Below, piece after piece: positions 1 to 7,370 of a stretch of 43,117 bases of DNA. The notes beneath the pieces were generated by a model. That model was given only the letters and a program-made list of their open reading frames with translations. It had not been told where the DNA came from and did no database searches. Position 1 is the first letter of the stretch; every line of letters begins with the position of its first letter. A program made the translations under genes and the position numbers. The stretch is from an uncultured Pseudomonadota bacterium (GTDB lineage Bacteria; Babelota; Babeliae; Babelales; UBA12409), in assembly GCA_964549515.1 (NCBI GenBank), contig CAZJVC010000001.1, forward strand, positions 10,011 through 53,127. The letters are read 5' to 3'.

Positions 1-294
1 GCCATGCCCGTTCATCCTGCCATGCCCGTTCATCCTGCCATGCCCGTTCATCCTGAGCGGGAGTCGAAGGATACCCGTCAGATAAATCTAAAAAAGTTCC
101 TCGCACTTGATCTTCCACTACAAAAACGAGTTTTACTCGAATATCTCTACGAAGCTCACGTATCATTCACTATCAGTTCCGGCCTTATTGATGAAATCAT
201 TCGCTTCCTAAATAATAAAAAAAGTACCACGCATCATATCGACACGTGGTACATAATCAAAAAACAAGGAAGTTTTTTAATTAGACCAACCTGA
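1..294 (+). CDS. 3' part of an unknown CDS that continues upstream of the window. Its N-terminal visible part is encoded by the 3 x 18-bp tandem repeat (MPVHPA x3).
   Basis: The frame is open from base 1. The only Met codons lie inside the tandem repeat, so the real start is probably upstream. The C-terminal 60 aa are non-repetitive. Confidence 0.35.
   Translation, partial: AMPVHPAMPVHPAMPVHPERESKDTRQINLKKFLALDLPLQKRVLLEYLYEAHVSFTISSGLIDEIIRFLNNKKSTTHHIDTWYIIKKQGSFLIRPT
2..55. repeat. Three tandem copies of an 18-bp unit, ccatgcccgttcatcctg. The array is cut by the window edge and belongs to the GC-rich tcatcctgcc repeat family.
   Basis: Three perfect 18-bp copies can be read directly. The gttcatcctgcc core recurs at 37066-37080, 37150-37160 and 37196-37206. 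Confidence 0.9.
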
Positions 295-501
295 ACAACT
301 ATAAAAACAACCTCTAAGACAGTCCATATCAGTTGGCGGCCCTACAACAGGCTTTGGACACGACGAACATACAGCATCATAAGATGTGTCTGAACATGTT
401 ACTGGCGTTCCCCATAACCACGAAGTACAACATTCTTTTCCATCTGCTCGCAATGAACCTGCCATACCAAGTAAACTCAAAAATAATAATACTTTCTTCA
501 T
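277..501 (-). CDS. Small secreted cysteine-rich protein of about 74 aa with an N-terminal signal peptide and 9 Cys.
   Basis: An ATG at 499-501 sits 5 nt downstream of an AGGAGA ribosome-binding site on the minus strand. The sequence MKKVLLFLSLLGMAGSLRA is signal-peptide-like, and the mature part is Cys-rich. The ORF-track start at 519 is a GTG. Confidence 0.45.
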   Translation of the reverse strand: MKKVLLFLSLLGMAGSLRADGKECCTSWLWGTPVTCSDTSYDAVCSSCPKPVVGPPTDMDCLRGCFYSCSGWSN

Positions 502-718
502 TTTTCTCTCCTTTTTCACGAATCCAACCTTACACTTTAAGTTTACAGAAGAACTGCCTCAAAAATCAATGTTTTTTTGTTAAACAACGACCAATTAAAT
601 ACCGCGTGCGGGTCACTGTCAAACGCCAATAAAAAGGATCATTCGATATTATTCGTAGACTTAATCACCATAAAGTAACTATTATATAGTTGCGCTACAT
701 TAAAGACGGAGTTTTACA

Positions 719-1798
719 ATGATAGCAGAGATACGATCCAGCCGAAAATTACAGCTCGTTCTTGCGTGCATTATTTTTTCACTGTTCCTGCACGTCGTTA
801 TGGTATATTTCAATATCGTTTTTAATAAAGTTCAGGATTATCCTGCGCCTGAACTAAAAAAAATACCTCCACGAATACAAACCAAACAAAAACCAATGAC
901 CATGATGAAACAGCCACCGCAACCTACACGACGCATTCATCGTGCTGGTACAAGCAAGCAAGCACCAAAAACAGAAAAGGCTTTGGCACCACAAAAACCA
1001 AAGCAAGCGCTCCCTCTCCCTTCCGCTGCACAACCAACACCACAACCTCCTCAACAAAAACCTCCTGAGCCCAAACAAGAACCAAAACAGGCACCGCCTA
1101 AACAGGTCTCACCTGAACAGGTCTCACCTAAACAGGTCTCACCTGAACGAATCAAGCCCAAACAGACCCAACAGGCCCATCCTAAACAAAGAATAAAAAA
1201 GACAACACAAAAAAAAGAACCTAAACCGCCGCGACAAAAACCAGTCTCTGGACGACCAGCTATGAAAAAGTTCTTTGAAGATTCTCTCAAAGAAGAACAA
1301 ACCTCGTCTGAGCGAGCTACACAAACCGATGATGAAAGAAAAACGCTAAGCTTCCTTTCACCAAACAACTTATATCATTCAATGCGCGAGCGAGCACTTA
1401 CGCAACCACAGCCAGGCATTGCGGAACAGTATGGCGACATGAAATATCTACATTACAATCAAAAAATATATCAAGCATTGCAACAGGCTATGAATATTGT
1501 CGTACGCAATCTACCTCGAGCACAGTATCAATCAGCCCTTGAATCTATTCAACACCCCGCTCGCATACGATTTGCAGTTGATAAAAATGGAAAACTAAAA
1601 GGACTTAGCCTTGTAACATCATCGGGCAATCCATATTATGATATGATTGCACAACAAGTAATCCGCGAAGCATCCTATCCACCAATACCAAAGTCCTTTA
1701 ACATGAATACGACGTATCATACATACGGCATAATACTGTATAATGATGGCAGTCCACAAAACAATCTCGGCGTCTCACCATACCTTGAAGGAGAATAA
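719..1798 (+). CDS. TonB-family energy transducer with an N-terminal TM anchor, a Pro/Lys-rich linker and a TonB C-terminal domain.
   Basis: There is a TM helix (LQLVLACIIFSLFLHVVMVYF), a long P/K/Q-rich low-complexity spacer, and a C-terminus (ARIRFAVDKNGKLKGLSLVTSSGNPYYDMIAQQVIREASYPPIP) that matches the TonB_C pattern. It contains an in-frame 15-bp x3 repeat at 1097-1148. Confidence 0.7.
   Translation: MIAEIRSSRKLQLVLACIIFSLFLHVVMVYFNIVFNKVQDYPAPELKKIPPRIQTKQKPMTMMKQPPQPTRRIHRAGTSKQAPKTEKALAPQKPKQALPLPSAAQPTPQPPQQKPPEPKQEPKQAPPKQVSPEQVSPKQVSPERIKPKQTQQAHPKQRIKKTTQKKEPKPPRQKPVSGRPAMKKFFEDSLKEEQTSSERATQTDDERKTLSFLSPNNLYHSMRERALTQPQPGIAEQYGDMKYLHYNQKIYQALQQAMNIVVRNLPRAQYQSALESIQHPARIRFAVDKNGKLKGLSLVTSSGNPYYDMIAQQVIREASYPPIPKSFNMNTTYHTYGIILYNDGSPQNNLGVSPYLEGE
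1097..1148. repeat. Three tandem copies of a 15-bp aacaggtctcacctg unit of the CAGG/CCTG family, lying in frame inside the TonB-like CDS and encoding VSPEQVSPKQVSPE.
   Basis: The tandem copies can be read directly and are the same unit as the intergenic array at 7210-7299. Confidence 0.9.
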
Positions 1799-1807
1799 TA
1801 AAACAAC

Positions 1808-3241
1808 ATGGCACACATTACTATTTTAGGCGCAGGATTAACTGGCCTTTCAACAGCATATCATCTTGAACAAATTGGTTTTTTTGATTACGAAATTTTT
1901 GAAAAAGAAAAAACAGTCGGCGGCCTATGCCGTTCGGTAGAAAAAGATGGATTCACATTTGATTATACCGGACATCTACTTCATATAAATAAAGCACCAC
2001 TTTTAGACGATTACATGTACACATTTATAAAAAAAGTTGCCGGATTTGATACATTCAATCAGCTCAATCGCAAAGCCCGCATCTACTCAGGCGGGACCCG
2101 TTCAGGTGGGACCTGTTCAGGCGAGGGCTGTTCAGGTGGGACCTGTTCAGGTGGTGTTTTAACACATTATCCATTTCAAACAAATCTGTACGGACTTCCC
2201 TCTGATATCATTGTAGAATGCATAAAGGAATATGTTACAAGAAAAAAAACAGCACACCCACGTTCATTTTACAGCTGGGTATGCACACATTTTGGCAAAG
2301 GATTTGGAAAACACTTCTTCTTTCCCTATCAAGAAAAGATTTTTTGTTACGATGTAAAAAAACTTATGTCATCATGGACTGGTCGCTTCGTGCCACAAAC
2401 ATCACTTGAAGAAATGATTGAAGGTGCACTTAAACCGAAAGATGAAAACATTGGCTATAATGCATCTTTCTATTATCCAAAATATGGTGGAATTCAAACC
2501 CTTATTAACAAGTTACAAAATCAACTTATACAACCAATACAAAGCGAATACGAAGTTACAGAACTTGACCTTGCTAAGAAAGTTATCACATTCAAAAATG
2601 GACACAAAAAGCCGTACAACATTCTTATTAATACAATTCCACTTGACACGCTACTACAAAGTATAAACGATAAAAGCACAACATCATTCAATAAAGCGAG
2701 TGGCAAACTAGAAACAACATCTGTACTTAATGTTAACTTCGGCATTAACAAACAAAATATCTCTGATAATCACTGGATATATGTACCAGAAAAATCCTAC
2801 CCTTTTTATCGCATAGGGTTTCCACACCACTTCGCCAACTACAACGCGCCAAAGAATTGCAGCTCTGTATATACCGAGTGTGCTTATATCGGACAAAAAC
2901 CAAAAAATTTAGAAAAACAGGTCATCCAAAAATCTAAAAATTTCTTAAATATCAATGATCATGAAATCATAACAACAACTACGTTAAACCTTACCCACGC
3001 GTACGTTATCTACAATAGTTGGCGCGAAAAACAATTACCACTGCTACTTGCAAGATTACAAAAAAACGGTATATACTCAATTGGTCGGTATGGTGCATGG
3101 AAATATGCAAGTATGCAGGAATCGATTTTAGATGGAAAAACAATCATCGATACATTATTCAGGCACAACCAAACCATAAAAGAAGTAATGATAGAAAATG
3201 ATGCGGTTAAATATAATAATTCTATGGTTAACAGTAAGTAA
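1808..3241 (+). CDS. FAD/NAD(P)-binding oxidoreductase with an amine-oxidase or Glf-like Rossmann N-terminus.
   Basis: The N-terminus ITILGAGLTGLSTAYHL is a GxGxxG dinucleotide-binding motif. The ORF is 477 aa and carries an in-frame repeat insertion at 2088-2150 that encodes SGGTRSGGTCSGEGCSGGTCSGG. Confidence 0.8.
   Translation: MAHITILGAGLTGLSTAYHLEQIGFFDYEIFEKEKTVGGLCRSVEKDGFTFDYTGHLLHINKAPLLDDYMYTFIKKVAGFDTFNQLNRKARIYSGGTRSGGTCSGEGCSGGTCSGGVLTHYPFQTNLYGLPSDIIVECIKEYVTRKKTAHPRSFYSWVCTHFGKGFGKHFFFPYQEKIFCYDVKKLMSSWTGRFVPQTSLEEMIEGALKPKDENIGYNASFYYPKYGGIQTLINKLQNQLIQPIQSEYEVTELDLAKKVITFKNGHKKPYNILINTIPLDTLLQSINDKSTTSFNKASGKLETTSVLNVNFGINKQNISDNHWIYVPEKSYPFYRIGFPHHFANYNAPKNCSSVYTECAYIGQKPKNLEKQVIQKSKNFLNINDHEIITTTTLNLTHAYVIYNSWREKQLPLLLARLQKNGIYSIGRYGAWKYASMQESILDGKTIIDTLFRHNQTIKEVMIENDAVKYNNSMVNSK
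2088..2150. repeat. Four tandem copies of a 15-bp unit, caggtgggacctgtt (the reverse complement of aacaggtcccacctg), in frame within the oxidoreductase CDS.
   Basis: The copies can be read directly and are the reverse complement of the 7210-7299 array unit. Confidence 0.9.
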
Positions 3242-3242
3242 T

Positions 3243-4160
3243 ATGATGAATACGTATAACTTTTACCAGCAAAAATCTGTACTTGTTACTGGGGGCGCAG
3301 GCTTCATCGGCTCCCATCTTGTCGAAGCCCTCGTACATGCAGGAGCCAACGTATCGGTTCTTGATAATTTATCAACAGGAACTCTAGACAATCTTAACGC
3401 CGTCCTCAACCACGTCACATTTATACAAGGCGACATTACCAGCTTTAGCTCTTGCTTAGCAGCAACACAAAACCAACAGATTGTTTTTCATTGTGCTGCA
3501 ATGATTAGCGTTTCTGAATCGATGAACCGCCCACGCAATTGCATGAAAACAAACGTACAAGGAACAGCAAACTTACTCGAAGCCGCACGAATCAATCGCA
3601 TAGAACGTGTTGTTTTTTCATCATCCGCCGCAATTTACGGTCCCGTTGATGGAGCATGCTCTGAAACATTGCCTCAAAAACCACAATCTATGTACGGTTT
3701 TTCTAAACAACTAGGTGAACAACTCTGCAAGCAATACTGTGAATACTTTAATCTACGTAGCATTTGTCTTCGGTATTTTAATGTATACGGCAATCGACAA
3801 AATCCAACAAGTCCATATGCTGGCGTCCGAGCAATTTTCGATCATGCTTTTAAAAATAACTTGCCAATCACTATTTACGGCGATGGCAATCAAACACGCG
3901 ACTTTATCTCCGTTAAAGATGTCGTTAAGGCAAACCTTTCACTGGCACAGCTATCAAGTAATGAGCTCAATGGTCAAGCTGTCAACATTGCAACCGGCAC
4001 AAGCAACTCACTAAATAACTTGCTTGTTGAATTCAAAAAAAATCATCCCGATTACTCACAAACAATTACGTATCAACCAGCCAGAGCCGGCGACATCAAA
4101 TATTCCAAAGCCTTGATTGAAAAATATAGAAAGCTACGTGAGTTTATTGAGGAAAGCTAA
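3243..4160 (+). CDS. NAD-dependent epimerase/dehydratase of the extended SDR family (GalE/WcaG-like).
   Basis: It has the VLVTGGAGFIGSHL Rossmann motif and a YGFSK (YxxxK) catalytic motif. The likely start ATG at 3243 lies directly after the stop of the upstream gene, and the longer ORF-track start at 3198 overlaps that gene. Confidence 0.8.
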   Translation: MMNTYNFYQQKSVLVTGGAGFIGSHLVEALVHAGANVSVLDNLSTGTLDNLNAVLNHVTFIQGDITSFSSCLAATQNQQIVFHCAAMISVSESMNRPRNCMKTNVQGTANLLEAARINRIERVVFSSSAAIYGPVDGACSETLPQKPQSMYGFSKQLGEQLCKQYCEYFNLRSICLRYFNVYGNRQNPTSPYAGVRAIFDHAFKNNLPITIYGDGNQTRDFISVKDVVKANLSLAQLSSNELNGQAVNIATGTSNSLNNLLVEFKKNHPDYSQTITYQPARAGDIKYSKALIEKYRKLREFIEES

Positions 4161-4236
4161 ATCCAATCGCTATACGTATCCAGGCATACATGATACACTA
4201 TACCTAAATATGTATCACTCTTAATTATGTAGATTT

Positions 4237-5361
4237 ATGGCAAAAAAAGATTATTACGAAATTCTTGGCGTCTCACGTGATGCATCTGCAGCTGACATTA
4301 AAGCGGCATACCGAAAATTAGCACTAAAACATCATCCCGATCGCAATCCTGGAAACAAGGAATCTGAAGAAAACTTCAAAAAAGCAGCTGAAGCATACGA
4401 AACCTTGTCCAACAAAAAAAAGCGCGACCACTTCGACCAATTTGGTGATACCGACCCTGGAGCAGGATTTGGTCAAGGCAGCAACATGAATATGGATGAC
4501 ATCTTCAACAATTTTGGTGACATTTTTGAAGGTTTTGGAGATATTTTTGGTTTCGGTTCTCAGCAAAAACAAGAAGGACCGTCACCTCGCGAAGGCCACG
4601 ACAGAACGCTTGATCTCACAATTAGCCTCAAAGAAGCATATGAGGGTGCAAAAAAAGATGTTCGCTATTACCGTCTTGAAAATTGCACTACCTGTAAAGG
4701 TAAAGGCACCAAAGAAGGAACTTCAATAGAGGGATGCAAAAAATGTGGCGGCAGAGGGCAAATACAACGCCAACAAGGCTTTTTTATCTACAGTCAAACA
4801 TGCCCAGAATGTGGGGGCCAGGGATACACAATCCCACACCCGTGCCCTACATGTAAAGGCAATTCACGCATTCAGTTCTATGAAAAATTTTCAGTAAAAA
4901 TCCCTTCCGGCATCTATGATGGCGCCGAACTCCGCATTGCTCAAAAAGGTGATGCTGGTATATATGGTGGCCCTCATGGCAACCTCTATATCCACGTTCA
5001 TGTACTACCAGACAAAAGGTTTAGACGTGAAGGTGATGACCTGGTTAGCAATCTTATCCTAACCTACCCACAACTAGTCTTTGGCTCTCAGGTAGAAATC
5101 GAAAATATCGATGGAGCAAAAAAAACGATCAAAATACCAAAAGGATGTCCTGCAGGTAATAAGATCATCATAGCGAAAAATGGATTCCCTCAAATACGTG
5201 GCCGCGGTCGAGGAAATCTTATCATAATTACGCAATGTCATATTCCTAAAAAACTTTCGCCTGAAGCACAAGAAGCTTTGAAAAAATACTCAGAATTAAT
5301 TGGTACAAACGTCAACGATGACGAAGGAACCATCTCAGGCTTCTTTAAAAAGTTTCTATAA
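4237..5361 (+). CDS. dnaJ: Molecular chaperone DnaJ.
   Basis: It has a J domain (YYEILGV...HPDRNP), a G/F-rich region and four CxxCxGxG zinc-finger repeats. Confidence 0.95.
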   Translation: MAKKDYYEILGVSRDASAADIKAAYRKLALKHHPDRNPGNKESEENFKKAAEAYETLSNKKKRDHFDQFGDTDPGAGFGQGSNMNMDDIFNNFGDIFEGFGDIFGFGSQQKQEGPSPREGHDRTLDLTISLKEAYEGAKKDVRYYRLENCTTCKGKGTKEGTSIEGCKKCGGRGQIQRQQGFFIYSQTCPECGGQGYTIPHPCPTCKGNSRIQFYEKFSVKIPSGIYDGAELRIAQKGDAGIYGGPHGNLYIHVHVLPDKRFRREGDDLVSNLILTYPQLVFGSQVEIENIDGAKKTIKIPKGCPAGNKIIIAKNGFPQIRGRGRGNLIIITQCHIPKKLSPEAQEALKKYSELIGTNVNDDEGTISGFFKKFL

Positions 5362-5460
5362 CCAACGTAAACTCGCCGTAAGAAAACTAAAAAATTGATA
5401 CGATTTTCCTTAAATCACCACATGAGTTACTACCCCTGGATGAGGAAAAAATCAAAAACT

Positions 5461-5590
5461 CCGCTCATCCTACCGTGCCAGCCGTCGCTAAAGCTATGGC
5501 TGGGAGTGCCCTTCGTAGCTCGTCAGAGCGAAGTAGGGTGTATCACTTCGACTCGATACATTCTGAGCAAAAACGAATGGTCCGAACGCT
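5461..5590. repeat. GC-rich dispersed repeat element (copy 2), related to 1-80 and 37066-37305.
   Basis: It shares cgctcatcctRcc, ggctgggagtg and a cagccgtcgctaaagctatggc segment with 37185-37240, where that segment is inverted. Its GC content is well above the surrounding sequence, and it contains CTTCG/CGAAG hairpins. Confidence 0.7.
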
Positions 5591-5774
5591 AATTTCTAAT
5601 TTTCGGATAAGCACTAACACTAACTCAAATCTAACAGCCTTTCATTTGGCACAGTAAAATAAGCACAATTCTTGAATATGTAAACTAACAGCAGATATAC
5701 AAATAATACCCACACTTTTCATTAATTTCTATTTGAAAATACCGAATCAGAGCGCTTATTAGTTAATGTAAAGC

Positions 5775-5818
5775 TTGACATTTTTTTGCAATAATCTATT
5801 ATTATATATATGTATAAT
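5775..5818 (+). promoter_or_regulatory. Candidate sigma70-like promoter upstream of the secreted-protein gene.
   Basis: A TTGACA at 5775-5780 is followed by a 17-nt spacer and ATTATT at 5798-5803. There is also a TATAAT at 5813-5818. The context is AT-rich and lies about 60 nt upstream of the ATG at 5879. Confidence 0.3.
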
Positions 5819-5878
5819 CTAACATTTTATTAAAACATCTATGATGGTTTATTGTTAATACTAATGGAGGTATTTCTT

Positions 5879-6703
5879 ATGAATAAGAAAGTAACAATTA
5901 CTTTACTCTCAGCATTTCTTTGTGCTGGTTCAATTACAAACGGCATGGAAAGTGCTTTAGTTCCTGTTGCAAAAGTTGCAACAAAAAGCATAGCTTCTGT
6001 TGTAGGGCAAATCGCTCAACATAAAGATGCTATTACAGTTGGCGGTACTTTAGGAACAGGAGCTGTTCTTGCTACAAAAAGTATCCTAAAACAAAAGGCT
6101 ACTGAAAAAGCTGCTAAAATTGCCGCTGAAAAAGCTGCTAAAATTGCCGCTAACGGTTTTGTTAAAAAAACAGCTAAAAGTGCTTTAGAAGCTGTAAAAA
6201 ATGTAAACCCTTACATCGGTTGTGTCGTTGGCGCTACTCTTGTTGGTGACGCTGTTTATCAAGGTTGGGGACGCTGGAGAAAAGAAGAAGCTAAACCAGA
6301 AGTAAAACCTGAAGAAGTAAAGCGTAGCCGCTTAGGTTCAGTTGGTCATTACCTTGGCTCAGCTGCAAAAGGTACCTATAATTGGGTATCACCATCAAAT
6401 TGGTTCTACTACTTAGCTGGTAAAACGTGCAGAGGAACTGTAGCTGGTACAAAAAAAGGTTACTCAGTTATAAAATCTACTCCTAGTGCAATAGTCGCTG
6501 GTACAAAAGCAACTTGCACAACAATAAGAAAGAAAGTTGTCGGCAGAACTGTTGATGAACTAAAAGAAGACATCGCAACAGCTGAAAGCCAAATAAGTGA
6601 GTACGCAAAAAGAATCATCGAAGCTGAACGAAGAACTGCTGCTGCAAAAGCAACGCAAGTTAAACTTCAAGCAACTATTGATGCTTCTAAAAAACAGAAA
6701 TAA
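5879..6703 (+). CDS. Secreted alanine/lysine-rich protein with a C-terminal coiled coil.
   Basis: A GGAGG ribosome-binding site at 5866-5870 precedes the ATG at 5879. The signal peptide is MNKKVTITLLSAFLCAGSITNG. There is a tandem 27-bp repeat encoding (EKAAKIAA)x2. Confidence 0.6.
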   Translation: MNKKVTITLLSAFLCAGSITNGMESALVPVAKVATKSIASVVGQIAQHKDAITVGGTLGTGAVLATKSILKQKATEKAAKIAAEKAAKIAANGFVKKTAKSALEAVKNVNPYIGCVVGATLVGDAVYQGWGRWRKEEAKPEVKPEEVKRSRLGSVGHYLGSAAKGTYNWVSPSNWFYYLAGKTCRGTVAGTKKGYSVIKSTPSAIVAGTKATCTTIRKKVVGRTVDELKEDIATAESQISEYAKRIIEAERRTAAAKATQVKLQATIDASKKQK

Positions 6704-6752
6704 ATCTTAATCTGACAGTCGCTTGCGATTGTAAAATTAAGTAATAAACATT

Positions 6753-6780
6753 GGGAGGCTTCGGCCTCCCGTTTTTTTTT
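6753..6780 (+). terminator. Rho-independent terminator.
   Basis: A perfect 7-bp stem with a 4-nt loop (gggaggc-ttcg-gcctccc) is followed by T9. Confidence 0.8.
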
Positions 6781-6866
6781 ACCCTTTTGACAAAAGTCTT
6801 TTTTATACTATAATTTTACTAATTATCTACAATATTTATTCAATTCTTTAATCACGAGGTTCGATT

Positions 6867-7211
6867 ATGAGTAAAAAAGTAACAGCCCTAGCTATTGCAC
6901 TGCTTCTAAGCACATCAATTTGCGCAGATACTGGCGCAGGAATTGCGGCAGCTAAAACTGTCACGGATGGCATCAAAAACCCCGCCGACAATATTGATCC
7001 AAAAATTGCCCAAAATACCTGGTCTTCATTCAGAAAGCTTGGCAAAGATATAAGTACTGGCGCTATAAAAGGCTTTAAAACAACCAGAGAATTCAGCAAA
7101 GAACACAGAAATGAGATACTTATTGCAGCAGGAACTATTGCAGCTGCATATGTTAGTTACCGTCTTATTAAGTGGGCAGTCGCTAAAAAAAAGCAAAGCA
7201 AGAATAAATAA
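6867..7211 (+). CDS. Small exported or membrane protein with a signal peptide and a C-terminal TM helix.
   Basis: The start MSKKVTALAIALLLSTSICA resembles the N-terminus of the upstream gene (MNKKVTITLLSA). There is a C-terminal hydrophobic segment and a K-rich tail. The stop codon abuts the repeat array. Confidence 0.5.
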   Translation: MSKKVTALAIALLLSTSICADTGAGIAAAKTVTDGIKNPADNIDPKIAQNTWSSFRKLGKDISTGAIKGFKTTREFSKEHRNEILIAAGTIAAAYVSYRLIKWAVAKKKQSKNK

Positions 7212-7299
7212 CAGGTCCCACCTGAACAGGTCCCACCTGAACAGGTCCCACCTGAACAGGTCTCACCTGAACAGGTCTCACCTGAACAGGCCCCACCTG
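7210..7299. repeat. Intergenic tandem array of six copies of a 15-bp unit, aacaggtcccacctg, of the CAGG/CCTG family.
   Basis: The copies can be read directly. Units 4-5 carry a c-to-t variant and unit 6 a t-to-c variant. Confidence 0.95.
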
Positions 7300-7328
7300 A
7301 AAACGAGTAATCGTTAAAAAATTAACCG

Positions 7329-7365
7329 GGCCTGGAGCGACTTTTGTAGCTCCAGGCCTCTTTTC
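7329..7365. terminator. Bidirectional rho-independent terminator between the convergent 6867-7211 gene and sbcC.
   Basis: The stem gcctggagc/gctccaggc encloses a 10-nt loop and is flanked by T-rich tracts on both strands. Confidence 0.6.
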
Positions 7366-7370
7366 TATTC

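Noticed and set aside
333-632. The + strand ORFs 333..632 and 386..583.
   Set aside because: They overlap the better-supported minus-strand signal-peptide ORF, which has a ribosome-binding site. Their sequences are low-complexity and there is no ribosome-binding site.
854-1368. Antisense and alternate-frame ORFs inside the TonB-like gene (854..1078, 942..1196, 1051..1368, 1139..1324).
   Set aside because: They are a product of the low-complexity Pro/Lys-rich and repeat-containing region. All overlap the well-supported TonB-like frame.
5395-5657. ORFs 5395..5592 and 5475..5657, and likewise 37068..37319 on the minus strand, including the shared PAVAKAMA peptide.
   Set aside because: They lie entirely inside the GC-rich repeat elements. 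The shared peptide is explained by the inverted shared DNA segment. They have no ribosome-binding site and no coding-like composition.
7210-7299. Could the 15-bp tandem array be a CRISPR array?
   Set aside because: The units are directly contiguous with no spacers, and the unit length of 15 bp is far too short. It is a simple tandem repeat of the palindromic family.
7111-7317. The ORF of 68 aa with RSHLNRSHLN... repeats.
   Set aside because: It is simply a translation of the 6 x 15-bp intergenic tandem repeat on another frame. It has no ribosome-binding site and overlaps the end of the real gene 6867-7211.
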